DNA from: Camelus dromedarius
Lineage: Eukaryota
Direction of reading: 5' to 3'
DNA: 64,000 nt
Assembly: GCF_036321535.1 (NCBI RefSeq)
Contig: NC_087436.1
Location: 25,050,001 to 25,114,000 of the forward strand
Shown here: one piece after another, positions 50,656 through 63,055 of the stretch
Numbering within the stretch: the first letter of the stretch is position 1
Layout of the letters: the number at the start of each line of letters is the position of its first letter
Position numbers and translations under genes: made by a program
Notes under the pieces: model-generated
The model's input: the letters and a program-made list of their open reading frames with translations, nothing else
The model's database searches: none
Told to the model about the DNA's origin: nothing

Positions 50656-53600
50656 GTGGACAAATAACCACCATGTTTTGTATTGTTGTTAATGTAGGAA
50701 AGCAGGCTCTGTGAGATAAGAAAAATAATGCTGAGAAAAGAGGCAGCAGCATGGAAATAAATATGCATTATAACGGTTTTAAAGTTAGTCTTTCCAAGAA
50801 TGCATTTCCCCTGGTTTACATTTATTCCCGTGGGAAAATTAATCTTCAATCGAGTGAATTTGAAACTATGTATGATGTTCCAGAGCACATCCCCTCACCT
50901 ACCTATAAGTGACTCAATTCTATAAATTTTAGTTGTATTGCAAAGATGACAGAATCTTAATGTTCTGTATAATTTAAAATGGCACTTTTGTTAAAATCTC
51001 CAGATACCAAGAAGTCTTATCCTTGAACTGTTGGCAATTATAATTTGAATTTTTCTCCAACTGAATATATCTGTAAATTGTTGAAATCAATAACAAAATA
51101 TGCTGATAAGGCTTAGTAGGGACAGTGCTCAGAAATGCCAACTATCTTCAAACTCAAACATTCTTTTATCACAGACAGAAACAGTATGATTATTTTGGAT
51201 GAAGTCAGTATTTTTTTGTTGTTGTTTTAATTTTTGTTTTCCGTTTTCAGCCTCACATTTCTTTCATTTATGTCTTTGACTTCCTTTGGGGGCCAAATCA
51301 ACACTTTCAGGACACCTGGATACCCCAGTCAACCATCTCTTGCCCCTTGTGCAGAAATAGTTCTGGGTAACTTAAGTTGAAAGAGTTACTATATCTGTAA
51401 AGAATTTGAAACTTCATTCTGCCTGTCCCTAAGATCAGACCTGTCAGATGTTTAATTCATATACTAGCCTTCTGAGGTCAGGATTATTATCTCTATTTAG
51501 AGGATCTGGAAACCCAGGGAAAAAGGTTGAGTCATTTATCCCAGGTCGCAGGAGGGATCAGTGTCTGAGCTAGGATTACAGTTCAGAAAGCCTCAAAATT
51601 CCAAGACCTGTGCTCAGTCTGCACGTATTTCAAGCTGCCTTGGCCTATTTAATAAGCCCTCCCTCCCTCCCTCATCCTGCCCTAGAGCCCTCTGTTGAGT
51701 ATTTGAACTCTGTCAGCAAATGTGAAAGAGGTCTACAGGCAGGCTAGAAGATACACGCGATATTCGCTGGTTGTAGTTGCGCTCCATGAGAGTTTAACTT
51801 GCAGTTTTTCCTGGAAAACTGGTTTTCATATAGGGACATTTCAAAGGTTTTTTTTTTTTTTTTCCATTTAGAGATATTAAAATAATTTAGAACAATTGAG
51901 TCCACCTTCATTAGTCTTCATTATGTGTCAGAATTCTAATGATTCAGGAGTAGGAAACATCCGAAAGGAAGTTGCGTAATCATGGCAAATAATACCAAAA
52001 GGATTTTGCATAGCTTTAGGAATATATGTTGCTGTCTGACTTTCTATTTATAATTCTTCCCAACAAGAGCTTCTGTATTTATCGCCTACATTTATTTTGG
52101 TTTCTGGAATTAATTGAGACATATACTTTATAAGAAAAGATAAGAGAAAAATGTATGTGTCCATATTTGGTATTATTGTTAATATTATTAAAAGTAATAA
52201 AGTTCTTGGGCAGGTGTGAAAGAAGAAAGGAAGTTCAGAAAAATATTTTCAGAGCACTGGACTTGCAGGCAGAAAATCTGGGTTTGCCTATGCTTTTTTG
52301 CCAGCTTTGTAGACTTGAGCAAATCACTTAAGCTCTCGTAAGGTAAAAAGACAAACCAAACAGCTCTTTCTCATTAAAGAGTCAGGGTGATGGGAGAGAT
52401 GGACAGATATATTATTAGCTATGGGACAGTGTAATTCATGCTATATTAGTGTTATGAACAAAGTGCTCAGGGAGCATGGAATTAGGAACATTTGAGCCTA
52501 GTCTTGCTTTTCACTGCATGCAGCACAGAAAGTATTTTGATTAGAAAGATACAGCCTATGTGAGAAAGGATAAGTCCTGGATGACTGGGCCGTTTGAGTG
52601 ACCAGACAATTTGAGGTAATTTACGGAGATAAAGAGGAAAAAGGAGACGGGGTCAAGTCTGAAATCAGGCTACGAGTCTAGACTATACTGTGAGAAGAAG
52701 GGAGCTGTTCATGAATACAGCCATTTATTCATTCATTCAGATGTGTAATTTAGGTACCATGATGAGTATGTAGCAGAGACATAGAGGTTAAAAACAGAGG
52801 ACTCACTTAGAGGGAACTCTCAGTGTGGCTGGCAGAATTGTTTGAAAGATAAACAAGTAAACAGGCAATTACTGAGTAGTAGTTAGGACCACCAACCATC
52901 AGGGCAGAGGAGCATGGAGGCAGAGAAACAAGAAAAGGGGTGCCTTAGTTGAGTCCCAGTGGAGGAGTAGGAGGAAGGGAAGGAAGACGACAGAAAGGAA
53001 GGAATTTGAGGCATAAAAAACAGCATGCTTTGTGTCAGGGGACATGGAAATGAGAGTCCCTCTTTAAATTGTTGGTTGAACTTTGTGGCAATGTTACTTA
53101 TTTCTCCATCTCACCTCAGCATTATAGAAAACGTAAGATACCATAGACTTATGATGCACAGGGAGGTGTGCCAGTAAAGAAAGATTTGAATGGAGCAGTA
53201 AGGAGCAATCCTTGTAAGTTACAGAGACACCCTCTGAATTCAGATAGCCTGTTGTTATGCGCAGAATGTTTCATTGCTTAGCATCAGGACAGTTGAACAT
53301 TAATTTGTTAAATTAAATTCTGATGATGTTTGCCTCTTTCAATTGCTTTTCTGGCCACAACATAATTTATTATTCTTATCGAATTAATTGTAAATTTAGA
53401 AACTAAGAAATAAGAAGTTGAGGAAGGGGCTTTAGAGAGCTGACACTAAAGAAGAAGAGAACACTGAGAGGGGACTGGGCTGGAACTGAGAAGTGGGCAG
53501 ACTTATGTGTACCTATTACAGCAGTCTATACGTACATGACTCCATTTTCAAAAAATAAAAAGGAACTCAAGCCTTCGAGTCTATTTTATATAGTTAATTA

Positions 53601-55367
53601 TGAAACATATAATTAATTATTTTCAATATTCTTCTTAGTATCTTCTATTCTTAAAAATTCCCTATTTCCTCTGTATTTTTAAAATAACTTCACTCTTTTT
53701 TAGTTACAATTACTTTGAGGAAAGCATATATTATTTACAGAGCAAGAACTATTACAATGGAGAGAAGCTTTTAAATCTATAAAGCTCTGATATTGATAGT
53801 CAAAAATGCAGTGTTTTAATCTATAAAGCAATTAGAAGAGGTGCTTATTTGTCATCAGGTCTTAAATAAAAGTTCAATTGTAGAGATTAAGTAATTGACA
53901 ATTACATATATATGTGTGTATATTTATCAAATTCCTTATTGACAGTCTTAAAATATTAAATAGTGATATTTCTCTGCAGATGATGGTAAAAGTATAAATC
54001 AGTCCCAATAAAATTCACATCCACTAACAGTTACATACTCTATTTTTTCACAGTTATTTTTATCCCTTTGCTTTATACATGAATATTAAATATTTTTGAC
54101 TGATGTACTTCTTTTAGAGACCTCTTTAAGATAAAACAAAGTAACAAAACTTTTAATTATTACCTCAATTTTAACAATTTTTAGGAAGTTCAAAAGGTTA
54201 TGCTTTTCCTACAAATACACTTAATTTAACAATAGAAACATATTCAGTGTAATAATTTATCCATAGATTTGTAAAATGGGAGAAAATGTGACTTTTTAAA
54301 AAATACGTGTTCTGTTGATGATTCTGTGATTTAGTAAGAGGGCTACTTCACTAGGCAAAACTTTCAGAACCCATGAGGATAAATTCAGTGAGTGTACCTA
54401 AGGAGCAAAAAAAAGAGGACATACTAACTCATGGTGAATGCCTAATTTATTGTAATTATCATAACAGAATTAAATTTATTTAAATATTCTGACTATAATG
54501 GGGGGGGAAGTACATTATTTGATTACTTGATTTTTAGAAAAGGAAACTGAGCAAATACTAGAAATAAAACTGAAATAAGAAATTTACAAAAAAACCTTAA
54601 AATCTTCAGGAATTGGGAGCTTCTTAAAAACACCATATTGGAAATCCAAGACAACATATTAAGTAGTCTGGCACATATTAAGTAGTCTGAGCTATTAATA
54701 AAATCCCTGTATGGCTATGTGATAAAGTAAAAATCACTCTTTTGGGGAAAAAAGTGTATAGTGGATCAACAAACTGAGGATAGAAGAGACCACAGAATGT
54801 GACAGAGCATATCAATCAGAAACCAGGTCAATCTACGTTTCCTTAGATTTCATGTTCTTATTTTGTGAAGGATACAAAGAAAGTAGAAGGCACAGGCCCT
54901 GAGCTAAGGGAGTTTATTATCTACTTGGGGAAGTCAGATGTACAATAAAAAACATGGAAGAATAGCTTGAAGTAATAGGGGTTTACCAACATGATAGTGT
55001 TATTTAAATTACATCTGCTAAAGGAAAGATGGCTACACAGGGCATCAGAGGGACTTCCTGGAAGAGGCAGGGTTTAAGGATAGATTTTAGTGAGGTGTGG
55101 AATTTAGATTGATCAAGAGGAAGAGAAAAAACATTTGCCTCTCATGGTTCAGAAAGTAAAGCAAAAGAAAGTAAAGAACTTCCAACAAAAAAATGAAAGA
55201 TGAAAACATGCCAAAACAGAACATTACCCAGAAAACCAGAGGATCCTTTGTTTTTCATCCAGAAGTCAGCCCATGAGCATTTATTTAGTGTAATTTGCGC
55301 CTAGCTCGCTGCTAGCTACAGTGAAGAAATGTAGGAGCAATCCCTGCAGTCAAGAGGCTCAGTTTCT

Positions 55368-55431
55368 CAATATCAGAGATAAGAGTGACACGTGAAAATC
55401 AACATCAGAGGTAAGAGTGACACGTGAAAAT
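55368..55431. repeat. 32-bp tandem duplication, each unit with CACGTG
   Basis: Units at 55368-55399 and 55400-55431, with 2 mismatches. Confidence 0.95.
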
Positions 55432-58131
55432 ACGTGTACCACCTCACAACGTAATATAAACTTGTATATGCTGTATGTTAATTTGTGTGGTAAAACCCTA
55501 CATTTCATAGCATTTGGGAAGTGGAGAACTAATGGCTTGAGGAAGGAAATGCAATGACCTGAGCTTTGAAAGATGGCAGGTACCACAGAGCAGGGAGGAC
55601 ATTTCCTGAAATTGGGTGAATGTGTTCTTTTGCAGCTGTTCCTATGAGAGATTGCATATCCAGGGGTCCCGAATTTAATTCTGTTTGAATGGATGACTTG
55701 TTTTTTGACAAGCTTATGCCAAGTTCATATTTCCTATGGTAATTTTGTTTCTCTTTCATTTTCCTTCTGATCATAGTAGACTGTGCTAACTGCCTGTGTG
55801 ATCCTTGTGGCAAGGGAATTTCTAAAATCTAAGCCTTCCTTGTATTGTTCTAATCAGCCAGGGAGAAATCATTGACTCTAATAAGAACTGGGTCCTTTTA
55901 CTAGTGCTGTTTAAATATTAAAACTTGTTCCAGATTCAGGAGTATTTGTTTTACTATTTTTTTTAAATATTATTACCACCATTGTCTTAAAACTGTTTTC
56001 AGTAAAGTTTGACTGTAAGATTTAAGCAAAGTGAATAGAATCTTATGAGTATTTTAAACAGAAGCTGAGGTTTAAATTTAATTCATTTATTCAATTTAAA
56101 AAGCATGGAATATCTACTGTGTTCACAATGCCCTGGAAGATGCTCTGTGGGAGAAAGTGACTGGGGTCACTGAAACCATAGATGATACAGGTGTGGGATC
56201 ATGACTAAACTAACATTCCATTCCCAAGAAAATCTCAGATCCTGGGAAGTGTCTGGTCTTCTAGCAGAAAAGAGTGAAGAAAAGAAATGTATTACATTTT
56301 GGATATCCTATAACACATCCTGAGGTACCTCTGCTTTTATTCTAGCTTAAAGTGAACCTTATGATGAGGGTTAGATTGCTTGTGCTAGGTAATGATTATA
56401 GAAAGAAATTGTAACCCTTCCCTCCAACATCCAAGTAGAGCTGAGTGACTGGTGCAGTGGGGACAGCTTAGTGAAATGGCTTAAGTTTATGAGTGATGGT
56501 GAAAGCTTGTTTGTCTCCCTTTGTCACAGACTCAGTTGGCCAGCAGTGCTGGCAATGACTGAATTCCCTTCTGAATCAGCGACTTGGACTTGGAAAGTGC
56601 TATCATTCTTTGTTCTTTCAACTGTTGACAAACTGCTAAATATTACGGGGTACTGATAAAATTTTACATAACTACAACTTTACTTTGGATATGGTCACTT
56701 AAAAAGTATCAGGAAGACTTTCATATCATATTTATAGATGCATTATAAATTTTAAAATGACAGGCTTAGGAGTTGGAAAGAAAGATCAGGAACTGAATTC
56801 CTAATCCACTTGGGTTTAGTCTTGGGTTAGTGGCTCTGTCTCTCTTAGCCTGAAATTTCTGGTCTGTTAATTGACGTTGACAAGCTTGACCTCAGAGGCA
56901 TGTTTAGAGAATTACATGAGATAACCAACGTGATGGCCCATCTATATTGGTGATGGCTCTGTAATTATTCCCTTCCCTTACTCAACAAAGTATAGGTCAT
57001 CAGAAATTGAATTATCAGCAGAAACTGGAGGTTATTGCCAACAAATTCCAGCCTAAGAATCCCAGATAACAGGAATGACATATGAAAGAGGCTATATTTA
57101 ACTACTTTCCCCACTCATTTTTATTAATCACACTCTTCTCCCCAAACCTTTTGATACTTCAGTGAAAGGTGAAAAATTGTAATTAAATGGGAGGAGTTGT
57201 ACTTTTAGAATTAAGCATGGGTAAGGCTTGTAAGAGCACAGATGGATGAATGTTAAGAATCCCATTTGCTAAGTGGCTCACTGCATGAGCTTTGGGGAAA
57301 TGGCTCGTTCATAATTTTCACCAGTTTGTGATTTCCCCTTCAAAGCAGGATCTTCAAGGGGAACGGAATATAACCTCTGTCTCGTTCCACTTGGTATTTC
57401 AATTTCTCTTTTGTTTGCAAGGTATTAATTATTAAATGTGGTTCATATTGATAATTATATTGCATCTTATTTATTAATGACTCACTATTAAGCTTAAACT
57501 TAATATCTCCAGAGGTTCTCAGGTCTCCATTTTTGCAGGTCATTGCTCTTTTTCTTTTTGCAGGACTGAATGCTGAGGTTTCAAGCTTTGGGGCTTAAGG
57601 TAGATGCGTCTTGATGGTGTGATTATCCACGACACAGTTCATTACCACTAATGGAGTCACCCATGCAGCCAAAGAGAGAAAAGTGGGCCTGCAAAATAGT
57701 GAATTAATAGGCAATAAATTATTACACCAGAGGAAGGCAATCATACATATGAGCAATAAGTGAGCGGAGCGAAACAGAAAGGTATACACTTTTTATTTTG
57801 CCTGAAGTATGTGTGTTTCCTTTTGGTTCCTTTTCAGAAGAACACATTTCACTTTCAGAAAAAATTGTTCTTTTCTCATTTCTTCTTTGATCAGTGTAGA
57901 TATGGCAAGAGATACAAAATAATCAAGTCAAAATTTGAGTTCACTTCTCTTGACGCTGCTTCCTCTAATCCTCATTTCCTTGTTTGGGTTTCTCTTAAAT
58001 TGAGAATTATACCTGATTCCTGACATTCAAGTTTTCAGTGACACAGATTATAAATTTACATTATGAGAGGATGAAAATTCACTGGCTTATTCTACATGGG
58101 AAAAAATACATCCCAACTTGAAAACATTCTT

Positions 58132-58403
58132 TTTTTTTAAATTGAAGTATAATTGATTTACCATGTTGCGTTAGTTTCAGCAAAGTTATTCAGTTATATA
58201 TATATGTATTCTTTTCCAGATTCTTTTCCATCACAGGTTATTAGAAGATATTGAATATAGTTCCCTGTGCTCTACAGTAGGTCTTTGTTGTTTATCTATT
58301 TTATATACAGTAGTGTATATCTGCTAATCCCAAACTCCTAATTTATCCCTCCCCACTTCCCCTTTGGTAATCATAAATTTGTTTTCTATGTCTGTGAGTC
58401 TGG
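58132..58403 (-). mobile_element. L1 3' end fragment
   Basis: attgaagtataattgattt...ttccctgtgct...tttgttttctatgtctgtgagtctg, the same type as 5390-5690. Confidence 0.9.
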
Positions 58404-58409
58404 CAAACA

Positions 58410-59022
58410 TTTTTTTTTTTTTTTAGGTTTATTACTTTAATCATTTTCTTTTAACTTTAAGGGAATTTTTTTTTTTCTGTTGCATGATTTCATTTTTTTT
58501 AAACTTTATTGACTTACAGTCATTTTACAGTGTTGTATCAATTTCCAGTGTAGAACATAATTTTTCAGTTATACAGGAACATATATATATTCATTGTCAC
58601 ATACTTTTTTTACTGTGAGCTACCACAAGATCTTGTATACATTTCCCTGTGCTATACAGTATAGTCTTGTTTATTCTATATATACCTGTCAGTATCTACA
58701 AATTTCGAACTCCCAGTCTGTCCTTTCCCACACCCCTTCCCCAATGGCAACCACAAGTTTGTGTTCTATGTCTATGAGTCTGTTTCTGTTTTGTATTTAT
58801 GTTCATTTGTCTTTTTCTTTTCTTCTCTTTTCTTTTCTTTTCTTTTAGATTCCACTTATGAGTGATCTCATATGGTATTTTTCTTTCTCTTCATGGCTTA
58901 CTTCACTTAGAATGACATTCTCCAGGGACATCCATGTTGCTGCAAATGGCATTATGTTGTCATTTTTTATGGCTGAATAGAATTCCATTGTATAAATATA
59001 CTACATTCCTTTATCCAGTCAT
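58410..59022 (-). mobile_element. 5'-truncated L1 of the younger type, with an extended tail
   Basis: 58500-59022 aligns with 19400-19890 of the full-length element. Confidence 0.9.
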
Positions 59023-59674
59023 CAAGCATTCTTAATACAGACTTTAGAGAGAGATTTAATTAACAACAATAAGCCCTCATAGACCTCAGATCTACAATGC
59101 CCATATGGCATTTATGGGACCCAGATGCCTTTGGGTCTTGATCTCCCTCAGTCAGGAATCTTTCCCTCAGAGCACTGAGTCACATTCCACTGAGCAGACA
59201 AGCTTTTCTGCCCCTGATGCTCAAGTCCTTTCCAGCAATTGTTTACCTGTGATCTACTGCTCCCAGAGCTCCTCTCTTTTGGAGTGTACTCTGAATATTT
59301 CCAAAGTAACCACTTCTTGATTTTTATCCTAAGTAACAGAAATTCTTAATGAGCCCTTTCTCATGCATAAGGAGGAAATCTTCCCTGTTGCTCCAGTGCT
59401 CAGCTGAAATTTAGAAGCTCTTATCCATCCCTGAAATTAGAAAAACCAAAATCTTTCATCCAGGTAATTATACCTTTCAGCCTCTCTCTTATGCCTAACC
59501 AGTAAAGTCATCCCTTCTTATCCAAGGCAAACCACTCTCCATGATGGTTCCAGTTTGAATATCTTGGACTTCATTTACATCAATTTTATTGTTGTTGTTG
59601 TTGGGGGGTGTGGTAAATATGCTTGGGAATGGGTATGTTTTCTTTGCATTTTTATCTAAGGGGTGAAATATACA

Positions 59675-60415
59675 TTTTTAAAAACTTTTAATTTTAGATT
59701 TGCAGAAAAGTTCTAAAGATTAATACAGTGGATGCCTGTCTACCTCTGCCTCAGTTTCCCCTATTGTTAACATTTTATATTACTACAGTACATTTGTCAC
59801 AATGAAAGGGCCAACATTAGTTCATTATTATCAACTAATCTCCACACTTCATTTGAATTCCACTAATGTTCCCTTAATATCCTTTACTGTTTCAAGATGC
59901 ATATTACATATAGTTGTCATGCCCCTTAGTTGTGTGGGACTGTTTCTCTGACTTGCCTTGTTTTTGAGGACCTGGGCAGTTTAGAGTAGTACTTGTCAGG
60001 TGTTTTGTACACTGTCCTTCATTTTGGATTTGTCTGAGGTTTCCCTCATGATTAGACGAGGCTTATGTGTTTTGGGAGGAAGACCACAGAGATGAAGTGC
60101 TGTTCTCATCACATTATGTCAAGTACACTTGCTATCAACATGACATTGCTGATGATATTAGCCTTGATCACTTGCTAAGGAAGCGTGGCCAGATGTTTCC
60201 ACTGTAAAGTTCCTCTTCCCCTCTCTCCCTTTTCCACACTCTACTGTTTGGAAGAAAGTAAGTACATAAGTGGAGCCTACACTCAAGAATAGGGAGGGGC
60301 TTAAACTCCACATCCTTGAAAGAAAAATATCTGCATAAATTATCCCGAATTCTTCTGAAAGGGAGATTTGTCACTTCTTCCCTTGTTTATTTACTCAATC
60401 ATTTATTTTATCAGT
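59675..60415 (-). mobile_element. Old L1 (L1MC-like) 3' region
   Basis: attttagatttgcagaaaagtt...cagtttcccctattgttaacat...gggaggaagaccacagagatgaagtgc. Confidence 0.75.
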
Positions 60416-60496
60416 ACCTATTTTATTCTCTGCTAAGTACCTAAGCAATGTCTGCATATAGTGATAGCTCAGGTAATACACCTTACATGAATTATT

Positions 60497-61189
60497 ATAA
60501 CCACAGGGTCAGAAGGAACCGAAATGTTCTCTGATCACTTCAACATTAATTCAGTGCAAAATTCTAGTACCTCTTTTTTTTTTAAATGTATGAAAACGGA
60601 AAAGAAAAACTTACCCTGCAGAATTGTTATAGGATAATGGTTAATTCAAGCAGAGCTCCCAAAACGTAGAAAGTGCTATGGTGATAGTGATTATTCTTAT
60701 CTTCTAGACATGTTTATTTTTCACTTCAGAAGTTGAAGTCTGTTAGAACAGAATTCTCAGCCATCCTTGTGGGCTACATACATATAATTCAGATGATCTT
60801 TCTTTTAAGTCTTTTAAATTCTTCTCTAATTGAAAAATAAATTCAATATTTATAAGAGTCTGTTGATTTTCCTATTTAATTTCTCCATCTGCATTAAGTT
60901 TTGGCCCATAAAGCTTTTTGTTTTCCTATAGTTTGCATGCTAGAGGGATTAAAATTGTAAGTAGCTTTCTTTTGGTGATACGTAAAAAAAACCCCAAAAT
61001 CCTTTCCTCCAGATATTAGAATAATACAGTTGTTAAGATTCAATAAAAGGATTGTGCAGAAGTAGTGTTTACTATGTTTAAACACAATGCTTTTTATTTT
61101 GAGGGGCAGTTATTCTAGTTGTGGTTTTGCAATGAATTAATGTTGAAGCTATCAGAGAACATTTGGGTTCCTTCTGACCCTGTGGTTAT
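60497..61189. repeat. 65-bp inverted repeat pair with a 563-bp spacer
   Basis: 60497-60561 versus the reverse complement of 61125-61189: 61/65 identical, no gaps. Confidence 0.95.
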
Positions 61190-61194
61190 TTTTA

Positions 61195-61620
61195 CTTATT
61201 TAAGATTTATTTATTAAGCTATCACTCCATGTGGACATTGCTTTTGATGTTCAGGATATAGCAGTGACTAAAATAGATAATAATCCTGCTCTTATGATAA
61301 TATATAGGCAACAAAAGATTTAAAAGTATATATATTCTCTATCAGGTGATGATAAGGGCTGTGGAGAAAGGCTAAGAGAGAGAAGAAATGCTGGATGGGG
61401 GAATGGAATGTAATTTGCTTTTTTATATTTGAAGGACACACTTACACGGTGGTATTTAAGCCAAGGCCTGAAGAAAGTGAAGGAGTGAGCCTTCCTGATT
61501 ATCAGGGAGAAGAACATCCCACACAGAGGAAATAGCAAATGCAGGGGCCCTGAGATAGGTTGATAACCAAAGTATTTTAGGGACAACAAGGGAACTGTCT
61601 GTACATTAGAGCAGATTTGG
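61195..61620 (-). mobile_element. L2 remnant
   Basis: atttattaagctatcactccatgtg...ggatatagcagtgactaaaatag...aaatagcaaatgcaggggccctgag. Confidence 0.7.
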
Positions 61621-62480
61621 GGATGTGGATATTTAGTATTCATGACCAAAGTAAAGTGGAGTTAAATTTAAAAACTCATCTACAGTTATTTTAATCACCC
61701 ACCTTTATTTATTCCTATAAATATGCCTTCTTTCCTTATGCAATAGATGTTCTAGAATATTTGAGCTCCTTGTGAGCTAACATTCTCCTTGCTTTTGCGT
61801 AGAAATGACATTTTGTTTACTGTCGTTACTAACATTTGATTCAAGAGTCATAAGCTTTATAAAGGTTTTATAAGGGCTTTTTCTTTCCTACAGAACATGT
61901 AGCAAATGTATATGCTATTTATGTTGTATTGCTGGCTGTAGCCTTCTTCTCCCAAAATGGTGCACAGATTGCCTTGCTATACACAGATTAACTGAGACCA
62001 GGTCAATTTTTAATATGAAAAACAATTATATGAATACTGTAATGCTTCCAAAAAATACATTGATCAGTATTTATGAAAATTGTAAAAAGAAATTGGTTAT
62101 TTAGGACCCATTTAGTCCCCTATTTGGACTAAATTCATGCTTTAAAATGTCTTGGTTTAAAAAAATCTTTTATATTTTTTCTCAAAACATTTACATATGA
62201 CATCTTCATATATAATAATCTTAGATCAAGTCAGACATTTTATCCTCTATCCTCAATTCAGGGTTCACAGAGGCCTGTGTTTTCATTGGATCAGGCAGTC
62301 AGATTTCAAGTGAGGGAATGTTGTTTAGGACCTTGTGATGTCTTCAGGGAGCCATGTCTAAATGGGTCATGCTCAGTAGGTCCTCTGCTGTCTTCTCTGT
62401 AGATTTCAGATACCCAAAAGGGTGTGTTCTTTGTGGATGATAATCACTGTATTTGGATTGGAAGATTATGGCCCATGTCA

Positions 62481-62506
62481 GTGTGTGTGTGTGTGTGTGT
62501 GTGTGT
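62481..62506. repeat. (GT)13 microsatellite
   Basis: Directly visible. Confidence 0.95.
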
Positions 62507-62859
62507 AATTTAGTTTTAATTTAGAGCAATAGTTCCTACATGGTTTAAGGTAAGAAGACTTCATGTATCTTTAGAACTATTGACCAGCAAATATTTTTAA
62601 ATGATATTTGGTTAATGAGGCTAGGTCAGAACTAGGTCAACTTGTTTTTTGATCTAAGATACTGCTTGTAGAGATAATGAATTTTGTCCCACCAATAGAG
62701 TGTCATGTGTTTTGCAGATAATCTCTAAAAACAGAAACATAAAAAGTTAATACATTTTGAAAAAGAGAAACAGTTGTCCCAAAGCATATGTTTTTCAATA
62801 AAAAAGATAGTTTTTACCTCTTTCTAAAATGCAAACATCCGACTGTAACATGCTTCTGC

Positions 62860-63055
62860 ATGTGCTGTGCAGGTAAATTGGCTCATAGGAGAACAAAAGG
62901 CCCAGACTTGTACCATGTGCTGATTTCCCTGTTGTAGATACTCCCACTATGGCTGATTTCAAGTTACCAATAATTTAACAACTGGCTCACAACGTTTCTG
63001 AAAATTTGGCAATCAGCTTGAGGGAGCCCATAAGAATAGGTTTTATTTAACACAC
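62860..63055. mobile_element. hAT fossil (MER63-like)
   Basis: atactcccactatggctgatttcaagttacc...tttaacaactggctcac...ctgaaaatttggcaatcagc. Confidence 0.55.

Noticed and set aside
54654..54689. Short direct duplications (also 8134-8161 and 28143-28189) as a CRISPR-like or functional array
   Set aside because: Only two copies of 14-17 bp each; ordinary slippage duplications in eukaryotic DNA.
57545..57605. Plus-strand coding exon after the strong acceptor at 57563
   Set aside because: Stops in all three frames within 40 nt and only a weak donor.
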